IMG/VR virus record: IMGVR_UViG_3300008116_000011
Coordinates: 96,001-160,000 of that record
DNA length: 64,000 nt
From: a virus
Reading direction: 5' to 3' (one strand)
The notes beneath the pieces were generated by a model. It saw nothing but the letters and a program-made list of their open reading frames with translations, was not told where the DNA came from and searched no databases. This document shows positions 56,197 to 64,000 of this stretch, in pieces. The position numbers were made by a program, and so were the translations under genes. Position 1 is the stretch's first letter, and every line of letters starts with the position of its first letter.

Positions 56197-56838
56197 TTAA
56201 TATCCAGGTAATTCACAAGTACAGAAACCAGCGCGATTGCAAAGGATTTCTGTTACTAGTTCGTTAATTTTATCTAATTTCTTTTGTTCTTGTTTATTAT
56301 ATTGATTATATTGTTTAGATTCACTAACAATTTCCATAAACGCACCTTGTGTTGATGGAGTTGATACGAAATCCCAACATAATAATTCAAAATCGGGTTG
56401 TACTTCAACAGTCTCACCGATTTGTTTTACAGAACCCATACCACGAGATGAAATACCAATAGTAATACCTGCAATTAACAATGCTTTTAAAATATTACCT
56501 GATGGTGTTGGTAGTACTTCAATTTTTCCCATTACATCATCTTTATCCCACCATAAATCTTTAATGTTATGACATACATTTTTTAAGTTGATGATTGGAG
56601 ATTCTGGGTGGTCTAATTCACCTAGTGCTCTATTTTCTTTAATGTATGTGTCTTTATATTTTTGTACTTCTCTTTCAAGAGTATCTTTAGGATATACACG
56701 ACCATTACCATTTTTTGCTTCAGCACGTTGTACCAAACCTTGAACAATAAGACGTCCACCGTTGTTTTTAATAGATTCCTCCAACATTGATGGAGTAATA
56801 TTAAAAGTAGTAATACGCTCTATTAATAGTTCTTTCAT
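56197..56838 (-). CDS. Prohead core protease (gp21-like)
   Basis: NGNGRVYP, GELDHP, GISSRGMGS, DFVSTPS. Confidence 0.95.
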   Translation of the reverse strand: MKELLIERITTFNITPSMLEESIKNNGGRLIVQGLVQRAEAKNGNGRVYPKDTLEREVQKYKDTYIKENRALGELDHPESPIINLKNVCHNIKDLWWDKDDVMGKIEVLPTPSGNILKALLIAGITIGISSRGMGSVKQIGETVEVQPDFELLCWDFVSTPSTQGAFMEIVSESKQYNQYNKQEQKKLDKINELVTEILCNRAGFCTCELPGY

Positions 56839-58469
56839 TAGTTAAGATTATATCCTTTTTCTCTCAATTTATAAATAACTTCACTCCAAACAGCATCATT
56901 ATATCTTTTTCCTACACTATCTTCAAACATAGAAAATACATTATCTAAATCAGATAATCTAGGATTTTCAATATCATTTGTATTGATGTGGTCCATAAAA
57001 TTATCTATTATCATAGAAACAGCATCTCTTCCAGATGGAGGTGCATCAAGATCTCCTTCGTAATCATCATAATCGTCAGAATTTCTTCTAACTATTAATG
57101 CACTTCTCATTTCTCTTTCAGCTTCAGGATCACCCGCAGCTTCCATTCCAGCAGGACCCATTTCATCTAATAGTTCGTTAACCATTTTTTTAATGGTTTC
57201 TTTTAATCCAGGTTTATAACTATTGCTAGACTTTCCAAGATCACTAGCGCCAGGTGAGATAGTATTAGGAAGTGCACGTCGAGCAGCATCTACAGGATTT
57301 GTAGACTGTGATGGTTTTTTCTTTTCAACTGCATCAGATGTAAAATTAGAACCTTTATCATCAGGATCAGCATCTAATGCTTTCCTTACAGCTGATATTA
57401 TTTGTTGTTTTGAAACTCCATCAAGTCCTGTATAGTTAAATATAAGTTCAAGTAGTCCATCTAATTCACCAGCCATATTTATAAGCTTAAGAGCTTGAAG
57501 TAGAGATGGTGCTTGTTGTAATCTTCTTAAAAAGGTTTGTTCATCAGGAGTGTTACTTAAAGTATTTTCTTTAATGTTTGATTCATTAAAAGCATTAGTG
57601 TCTCTTATTTTTTCAGGAGTCATTCTTGATAAAGCAGTAATGACACTATCTACATATCTACTATCAACTTGAGCTGATCTCATTGCTTTGTTTAGATATC
57701 CAACAATGTCATCTTTATATTCCTTCCATGAGCCTTGTATTCTATCTGTTACACTTATTTTTTTAACAGGATTATTTTTGTTATCTTTATAAAAAGTAAT
57801 AGCAATATATTCATCCCTATTTCCTGGGCGCTCAAAGGCCATATCAAATCCAAAAGTACCATCTTGATTATTGTACCATCTTATATCAGTTAATTTAAGA
57901 GGAGACTCTTTATTTCCTGAAAAAGAGGTAGGTTGGATAGATAATGGGTGGTTAGATAAATAGTCTTTTTGAATATTTTTTAAAGAATTAAATTCACTAC
58001 TTTGAATTTCTTTATCACTAACTGAGGTTAGTTCAGTTAAACTTTTTTTAGATTCCTTAACGATACGAATTTTCTTCATTTCGTTTTTCTTATCCTTATC
58101 TTTAGCAGATTCTAAACCATCAGGTCTATTTTTGCTTTTGATTGGCTTGCTAACTTCTTCCTTAGGAATATCTGTTACAGTAGTAGCAGGATAAATACCA
58201 TCTTGCTCGTCAACTTCCGGCTCTTGTACTACTTTTTTGTACTTAGCTGGTTGGGTTGGGTAGTCATATGATGGAGCTTTGTCAGGAGTGCCTTTAACAG
58301 CGTTACCTTCGTTTAATAATCCTTTAGATTTAAGGATCTTAACTGAGTCATCAAATGAGTTATGGTTAGTTACAAAGTTAGGAAATAACATTCTTGCATT
58401 ACGCAAAAATTGATGTTGGGTCATTCTTCCCTCTTTTAACTCTTGGTATTGTACGCTAATACTTTTCAT
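56838..58469 (-). CDS. Head-cluster mosaic protein
   Basis: Several LNE/LTE/IKE/LDE sites separate unrelated segments. Confidence 0.6.
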   Translation of the reverse strand: MKSISVQYQELKEGRMTQHQFLRNARMLFPNFVTNHNSFDDSVKILKSKGLLNEGNAVKGTPDKAPSYDYPTQPAKYKKVVQEPEVDEQDGIYPATTVTDIPKEEVSKPIKSKNRPDGLESAKDKDKKNEMKKIRIVKESKKSLTELTSVSDKEIQSSEFNSLKNIQKDYLSNHPLSIQPTSFSGNKESPLKLTDIRWYNNQDGTFGFDMAFERPGNRDEYIAITFYKDNKNNPVKKISVTDRIQGSWKEYKDDIVGYLNKAMRSAQVDSRYVDSVITALSRMTPEKIRDTNAFNESNIKENTLSNTPDEQTFLRRLQQAPSLLQALKLINMAGELDGLLELIFNYTGLDGVSKQQIISAVRKALDADPDDKGSNFTSDAVEKKKPSQSTNPVDAARRALPNTISPGASDLGKSSNSYKPGLKETIKKMVNELLDEMGPAGMEAAGDPEAEREMRSALIVRRNSDDYDDYEGDLDAPPSGRDAVSMIIDNFMDHINTNDIENPRLSDLDNVFSMFEDSVGKRYNDAVWSEVIYKLREKGYNLN

Positions 58470-58972
58470 TATTCTTCGGTTTTTTCTTCTTTTCCTGTAA
58501 GTTTTTCTAAAATATCTGCTAAATTTTCTTTGATATCATCAGTAGCAAACACGATAGCATATGATTTTGGATTCTTTTTGTAATATACTTCGGTTTGTTT
58601 TTTAGCTTTTGGTAAAGCAGATTTAATGCTACCAACTAAGTCCATAAGCTCATCAAAAGCTTTAACCCTATCTTCATGAAGTTTTTCTCTTTCTTCAAGT
58701 TTCTTTGGATCTTCTTCTTTTTCCTCAGCTAAAGACGCTAAAATATCTTCAAGTTGTAATGATTCTTGTTCAGTTTTTAGCATTTTGTTGTAAGCTTCTT
58801 TCATGCTACGATAACCTTTCATTAATTCACTAATGTCAGTTTTGTGAGCATTAGCTACACTATCGTCAGATTTTTTAGCTTCCGCAACGCGATACTTAAT
58901 TTCTTCACCTAAGTCGTCAAGTTTTTTCTTGAGTTCTTCTTTGCTTAAGATTTTTTTGCTATCGTCTTTCAT
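58469..58972 (-). CDS. Charged coiled-coil head-cluster protein
   Basis: K/E-rich ORF in operon. Confidence 0.6.
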   Translation of the reverse strand: MKDDSKKILSKEELKKKLDDLGEEIKYRVAEAKKSDDSVANAHKTDISELMKGYRSMKEAYNKMLKTEQESLQLEDILASLAEEKEEDPKKLEEREKLHEDRVKAFDELMDLVGSIKSALPKAKKQTEVYYKKNPKSYAIVFATDDIKENLADILEKLTGKEEKTEE

Positions 58973-58979
58973 ATATTAA

Positions 58980-59552
58980 TTATTGTGATAAATTTCTAAT
59001 TTTATTTGATAAATCATTTAACCTTTCAGACAGAGCACTTAATTGTTCTGTTTTAGAAGTCCAAAATGATTCTTTTTTTATAGTATTTTCAGTCTTTAAT
59101 CTATGAGAATATTCAATTACTTGCTCAATCTCTCTAATACGCTTTCTAACTTCATTTAATGCACGAGTAATTTTACGCTCAGAAGAAACTTTAGATACAT
59201 TTTCACTAAAACGACGATATGAAATCTCGTTTAATTGTTCTTGATTTTCTTTATACAACTTAATCTTTTTAGGTTCTGGTTTTGCAGGAAATTGTTTGTA
59301 ATCAAACATTCTTGAATCAGATGGCATCCCCTCAGGTACTTTTTTAAATCCATCTTTAGTATATGAACTAATATTAGCTTTACCTGCAGCTAAAGTAGGA
59401 GTTTTTTCTTCTAGTTTCTTTGGTTTTTTAAGAAAATACTTACTATTATATTCTCCACCAGCACTAGCAGTAGTAGACGTAGCTCCATCCATTTCTTCTA
59501 ACATTTCATGGATAAGTTCGTCAATATATTTTTTTACTTTATCAGGAATCAT
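58980..59552 (-). CDS. Head-cluster hypothetical protein
   Basis: ATGA overlap with the upstream gene; 'EMDG.TSTTASAGGEY'. Confidence 0.6.
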   Translation of the reverse strand: MIPDKVKKYIDELIHEMLEEMDGATSTTASAGGEYNSKYFLKKPKKLEEKTPTLAAGKANISSYTKDGFKKVPEGMPSDSRMFDYKQFPAKPEPKKIKLYKENQEQLNEISYRRFSENVSKVSSERKITRALNEVRKRIREIEQVIEYSHRLKTENTIKKESFWTSKTEQLSALSERLNDLSNKIRNLSQ

Positions 59553-60400
59553 AATGTTTTGATTTCATGGATTAACTCATGGAATTGGAGAAGATTAAGA
59601 ATATCTTCGTCTTTAACAGATTCATTTTTATCAAGTGGTTTGATAATTGATGATAATTCTTTAAGCTTAATCTGTGTTCTTTGATCAGTTACTTTAGTTT
59701 GTAACTCCATCAAAGATTTTTTTATATTTTCAAAACTATTATTAATGTATTCGCGCAAAGAAACAGTATTAGAAATCTTATTAATATAAGTTTTTAATAC
59801 CTCACGCTGTTCAGGTAACAAGTTTGCATATTTTTCATTAAACTTGTCAATCATTATTTTAGAAATCAATTCACGAGTTGCCTTATCTTGAGAAGCATAT
59901 TCAAGCATTACTTGATCTTCAACTTTATTTTTATTTACATCTTGTTGTGTTAAAAATTCAAGTAAAGTTACTTTATTTTCAACAATAAATGATGGTTCTA
60001 TAAATTCTAATGAAGTATGAGCTTCAATTAAGTTATAAACAGCAGCGTATGCTTTGTAATTATGGATTTTTGCTTTAAAGAACTCCTCTAAATCATAATG
60101 TTCTTTAATTTCCTTAATTAAGTTATATTTTTCCTTACGTAATGCCGTACGATTCAAACGTTCTGATAGTTTAATCGTAGAAGACATAATAGTCTCTGCT
60201 TTAACTTCACTGAGTGATACTGCTTTTGTTAGTGTTTGATATAGCTTATATTCTTTAGCTAATTCTCCGCGTGAAAAGTATTTTTTTACGATGTCTACAG
60301 CAGCAGATTCCTTATTAGACATAATGTCTGCTGTGATCTGCCTGGTAAGGAGCTCAAATAAAATACCAGTATTTTTAAATTTGTTATGTTTTAGTTTCAC
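59549..60400 (-). CDS. Conserved head-cluster helical protein
   Basis: GTG start, KHNKFKNTGILFELL; directly after the portal; promoter at 60418-60425. Confidence 0.7.
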   Translation of the reverse strand: MKLKHNKFKNTGILFELLTRQITADIMSNKESAAVDIVKKYFSRGELAKEYKLYQTLTKAVSLSEVKAETIMSSTIKLSERLNRTALRKEKYNLIKEIKEHYDLEEFFKAKIHNYKAYAAVYNLIEAHTSLEFIEPSFIVENKVTLLEFLTQQDVNKNKVEDQVMLEYASQDKATRELISKIMIDKFNEKYANLLPEQREVLKTYINKISNTVSLREYINNSFENIKKSLMELQTKVTDQRTQIKLKELSSIIKPLDKNESVKDEDILNLLQFHELIHEIKTL

Positions 60401-60434
60401 ACTGTAAGTTTACTAATTATAAATATGTATTTTA

Positions 60435-62297
60435 TTATATATCTTTGATATTTGATTCGTCGAGCAATGAAGAATTGTTACCCTTTTGATCAAATACATT
60501 AGACTTTTTAAACATTTCCTCAAGCATCTTTTTATTTTGAGCATATACCGCTTTAGTATTTTCTAAAGCTAGTGGTGAACCACCTTTAGGTTCAGGAGCT
60601 CTAGCAGAATCCGGGTGAAGATCTACTTCTTTACCTAATGGATCCTTACCTAACACGCGCTTTTGAGTGTTATAAACAGATGTTTTCTCTTGAGGACGCC
60701 CAATAGGGTTAGTCTCATCATAGGCAGGCGGTACTCCGACCCCGTTACGACCTTTACCATACAATGAGGCTAAATCATGTGGCGTTCCATATGATTGTCC
60801 ACTAGTTAACGGGTCATTTCCTTCGTTTTCAATTTGTGATAGACGGAACATGCGTTTTTTATCTTCAACTACTAAATCACGCATTTCCTCATATTTGTCA
60901 TCACTCATATGGAATAGATAATCATAAATGTAGTCAGTTGGGAACAAACTAGCATCCATAATATTTTTAGCTAAGTCAACCTTTTCTTTCATCAACGCAA
61001 TTCTTTCTTGATCGTAAACGATAGAAGGAGTCGTTAATTCTAATTCAAAGTTTGTTAAATTCTCATCAGTATAACCTTGAGAATATAAATGTACTAACGC
61101 GATTTTAGTTAATTCACTAACAACAATACGTTGTATACGCTCAATTGTACGAGCAAAACGAATATCTTGTTGTGCTAGTGTAGATTTACCTTCAACATCA
61201 GCTTCATATCCTAAGAATGCCTTAGGAACTTTCATAGCAGCTAACATTTTATCTCTTAAATAAACAACATCTTCAATTGCATTATACTCAAGACCAGGTA
61301 ATGTATCAATTTTAGTATTTGTATTTCCACCTCTAACTGGTATGTAGAAATCTTCATTTACATTCATCATGTTATAACGAAGGTTATATTCACCAGTTTT
61401 AGGATCAGTAAATGGAGTACGTTGAGTTTGTGTTTTCAACTTTTCCATAAACTGAGGGATTTCGTTTGGTGGAATGTTTCCGGTATCAACGTAGTAAACA
61501 CGGCGTTGAGGTGCTCTCAAAATACGGTGAATTAACATTGCATCTTCCATCAATGCTAATTGCTTAAATATTTTACGAGCAGGTTCAATATATGAACGAC
61601 CATAAGGAAGGAAATTATAATCTCCTAATAGTCTAAAGTTTGCTATTTCAAAGTTTTGGAATACAACATCGTTATCTGATGATGGGCTTATAATTCCAGA
61701 GTATGCAGCGTTTGGTGACACTTTAAATTGCACATATGCTGGATTTTTAGGGTCAAGTCCTTCTTCTCTAATTACATTATACACATTGAGAGGAATTACT
61801 TGATAAACACCATATTTTTCTGCAATGTGGAGGTGTAGATATAAGTCACCGTATTTACACATTGAGCGAACCCAACCCCAAAGATTAAATTCAATATTTA
61901 ATACATCATAGAATAGATTGTATAATATTCTTTGAATATTTTCGTCAGGTGATTTGATAGCTAATACTTCACCAGCACCATTTTTAAGTGTAGATTCATC
62001 AGCTACAATATCTAATACAGAAGCTACGATTGGATCACCATCCATTACTTCGTAGTCATTATATAATTGAGGTCTTAATACAGTATAATTAGAATAAGGA
62101 GCATTACCAACATAAGTACCTAAACCACCAGTATATATGCGTTGGTACCTGTCAGGGTACATGTTTGTTTGTACAACTCCTGTTGATTGTATATGGTCGG
62201 TATCAATTACTGTTACTTGACTACCTCCAACATTGCGTATAATTACGTCAGTTGAAAATAATCGTTTGAGTCTACCAAATAAAGATGTGTCTATCAT
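60435..62297 (-). CDS. Portal protein (gp20-like)
   Basis: MEDAMLIHRILRAPQRRVYYVDTGN, EDFYIPVRG, IDTLPG, QQDIRFAR. Start taken as MIDTSL (62297). Confidence 0.95.
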   Translation of the reverse strand: MIDTSLFGRLKRLFSTDVIIRNVGGSQVTVIDTDHIQSTGVVQTNMYPDRYQRIYTGGLGTYVGNAPYSNYTVLRPQLYNDYEVMDGDPIVASVLDIVADESTLKNGAGEVLAIKSPDENIQRILYNLFYDVLNIEFNLWGWVRSMCKYGDLYLHLHIAEKYGVYQVIPLNVYNVIREEGLDPKNPAYVQFKVSPNAAYSGIISPSSDNDVVFQNFEIANFRLLGDYNFLPYGRSYIEPARKIFKQLALMEDAMLIHRILRAPQRRVYYVDTGNIPPNEIPQFMEKLKTQTQRTPFTDPKTGEYNLRYNMMNVNEDFYIPVRGGNTNTKIDTLPGLEYNAIEDVVYLRDKMLAAMKVPKAFLGYEADVEGKSTLAQQDIRFARTIERIQRIVVSELTKIALVHLYSQGYTDENLTNFELELTTPSIVYDQERIALMKEKVDLAKNIMDASLFPTDYIYDYLFHMSDDKYEEMRDLVVEDKKRMFRLSQIENEGNDPLTSGQSYGTPHDLASLYGKGRNGVGVPPAYDETNPIGRPQEKTSVYNTQKRVLGKDPLGKEVDLHPDSARAPEPKGGSPLALENTKAVYAQNKKMLEEMFKKSNVFDQKGNNSSLLDESNIKDI

Positions 62298-62311
62298 GTG
62301 TATAAATATTT

Positions 62312-63892
62312 TTATCCTAATAACCAACTAATATCTTCAGATCCATGGTCAGTAGGTATTTTATAAGGATTTGGTCGTCCACCACCAAAAGCATTATATG
62401 AATTCATATGTCCCCTGTCAACTGAAAAACCAGACATTATTGCTCTGTCTTGTTCTATATTACTTTTTCTAAATCTTAATGCAGTATCGCGCAAATATAG
62501 TCCCATAGAAAATGACATTACTAAATCATCATTGTATCCATCTTGAGCTTGTGCTTTACTATTTTTCCAAATGAAAACCTTCATTTCTTCTATTAATCGT
62601 TTTGAGCGTATCACACATGATTTTTCATGAGCGTATTCTCTAAATTTTTCAATCATTAATGGTCTAGTTTTTACAGATGTTGTAAAACCAGCTACTAGAT
62701 TATTATTATTCTCATATCGTCTAGCCCATTGGTCAGATGTCATTGCATCTTGTTTTGGAGAGTAATACAAATTTCTATATCCTCTATCAATAGCTGTTTG
62801 TACTGTATCCCAACCTACGTTAGCATTTTCTATTGATAATAAAGCATCATTATATTCTGCTGCTAAACCTACTAACATATGTCCATAATCACGAGTACCA
62901 ATTTGGCCTCTATATTCTGCTACTTGAGTTGCTGATTCGACATCAAAAACATGACATGCAGAATAATCTTTTCCATCTCCTCTAGCTACGTCGGCTACTA
63001 CTAAGTAACTTTTATTATAATCTGGTTGTTCCCATATCCATAAGTTACCATCTACTCCTCTTTTTTCAAGAGGATCCATCATATTAGCTTCAAACCAACC
63101 TATAATTTCAGGCTCAAATACTGTATCACCTGATGTTGCAAAGTCACAATCACACTCTTGAGCAGCTAATCTAATTCCTAAATCATTATCTTGTCTATCT
63201 CTCCAAATTTGATCTCTTTCGGGGTGTACACTCCAAGGTAATCTAATAGGTACAAATGAATTATCTCCAATTTCTGATTTTTGCCATGTTTGGTGAAACC
63301 AGTTACCTGTGCCATTGGGGGTAGATAATGCTATACAACCACCACCCGTAGCTAATGTTTGTTGAGCAGAAGCAAATATTTCATCAATGTTTTCAATGAA
63401 CGCAGCCTCATCTATTATAAGTAAAGATACAGCTTCAGATCTACCAGCATCACCTGCTGCTGAAACTGCTTTTACTTGAGACCCATTTGCCAATTTAAGT
63501 AAAAGTTTATTGTTCTCCAAAGGTTTTTCAACCCCCTTTAGCCATGAAGGTAGATTATCGTACATAAATCGTACTTTAGTAACCATGTTTTTAGCTGTGT
63601 CTTGTTTAGTTGCGATACACAACACGTTTTTATCTTTATGGAATAACATCATCCATAAAGAGAAACCAGCTACAAGAGTAGAGATACCTAACTGGCGAGA
63701 TTTAAGTACTATATTATAGTTATTTTTCTGGAATTGGTATAATACTTTTTCTTGGAAAGGATATAAGTTAAATTGTATGCGACCCCTAGTTGGGTGTTGA
63801 ATCATACAATATTTCTTCATGAAATGGGCAGGATCAGTCATACATTTAATGTATTCCTGCTTGATTATGTCTTTAATATTTTGATCGCTCAT
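62312..63892 (-). CDS. Terminase large subunit (gp17-like)
   Basis: LYPFQ, KSRQLGIS, IIDEAAF, STPNG, ADVARGDGKDYS, DDLVM. Confidence 0.97.
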   Translation of the reverse strand: MSDQNIKDIIKQEYIKCMTDPAHFMKKYCMIQHPTRGRIQFNLYPFQEKVLYQFQKNNYNIVLKSRQLGISTLVAGFSLWMMLFHKDKNVLCIATKQDTAKNMVTKVRFMYDNLPSWLKGVEKPLENNKLLLKLANGSQVKAVSAAGDAGRSEAVSLLIIDEAAFIENIDEIFASAQQTLATGGGCIALSTPNGTGNWFHQTWQKSEIGDNSFVPIRLPWSVHPERDQIWRDRQDNDLGIRLAAQECDCDFATSGDTVFEPEIIGWFEANMMDPLEKRGVDGNLWIWEQPDYNKSYLVVADVARGDGKDYSACHVFDVESATQVAEYRGQIGTRDYGHMLVGLAAEYNDALLSIENANVGWDTVQTAIDRGYRNLYYSPKQDAMTSDQWARRYENNNNLVAGFTTSVKTRPLMIEKFREYAHEKSCVIRSKRLIEEMKVFIWKNSKAQAQDGYNDDLVMSFSMGLYLRDTALRFRKSNIEQDRAIMSGFSVDRGHMNSYNAFGGGRPNPYKIPTDHGSEDISWLLG

Positions 63893-63905
63893 TAGCGCGT
63901 TTATA

Positions 63906-63913
63906 TATAAATA
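63906..63913 (-). promoter_or_regulatory. Late-type promoter motif TATTTATA (representative of >20 copies)
   Basis: TATAAATA on + just upstream of the terminase; the same motif precedes most structural genes. Confidence 0.65.
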
Positions 63914-64000
63914 TATAATTAAAAAAAAAGCTCAACCTTTGTTGATTGAGCCTATCGTATGGGCATGCAAGAGATGTTAATTTTAATCTTCATAATAAGG

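Noticed and set aside
12196-63892. Introns, inteins or homing endonucleases in nrdJ, helicase, UvsX, capsid or terminase
   Set aside because: Proteins are of normal length with contiguous motifs; no intein or LAGLIDADG/HNH/GIY-YIG signatures seen.

Overview
A 64 kb, AT-rich segment of a large T4-like (Tevenvirinae-style gene order) contractile-tailed phage. Essentially all genes are on the minus strand. Read right to left: terminase, portal, head proteins, prohead protease, scaffold, major capsid, kinase-like protein, PhoH, tail fibres, neck/tail terminator, a 1730-aa Thr/Pro mucin-like protein, sheath, tube, tail chaperone, tape measure and baseplate. Next come a replication module (miniature PolA, gp32-like SSB, UvsX/RecA, 5'-3' exonuclease, DnaB-type helicase, class II RNR) and a 7-deazaguanine cluster (queD, TGT/DpdA-like, queC, queE) with an embedded tRNA/structured-RNA locus. 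A sugar-modification trio and a lysis cassette running off the left edge complete the window. The host is inferred to be Bacteroidota from eight exactly spaced TTTGG-N19-TAYATTWA promoters and D-S/T-hydrophobic O-glycosylation sequons. Main hunt results: (1) short shared N-terminal leaders (RMQKLAGI, IKLxDILxE) on unrelated cargo genes that mimic scaffold/capsid termini, a candidate modular head-packaging system; (2) a ~350-nt structured RNA containing an aberrant CCG tRNA-like module and a possible terminator/antiterminator switch; (3) a start-codon-less ORF reachable by a frameshift at TTTTTTT before the tape measure; (4) a PolA with a shortened thumb region and His at the steric gate; (5) a two-class promoter system with apparent leaderless mRNAs. 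All product calls come from motif recognition by eye; no searches were run.
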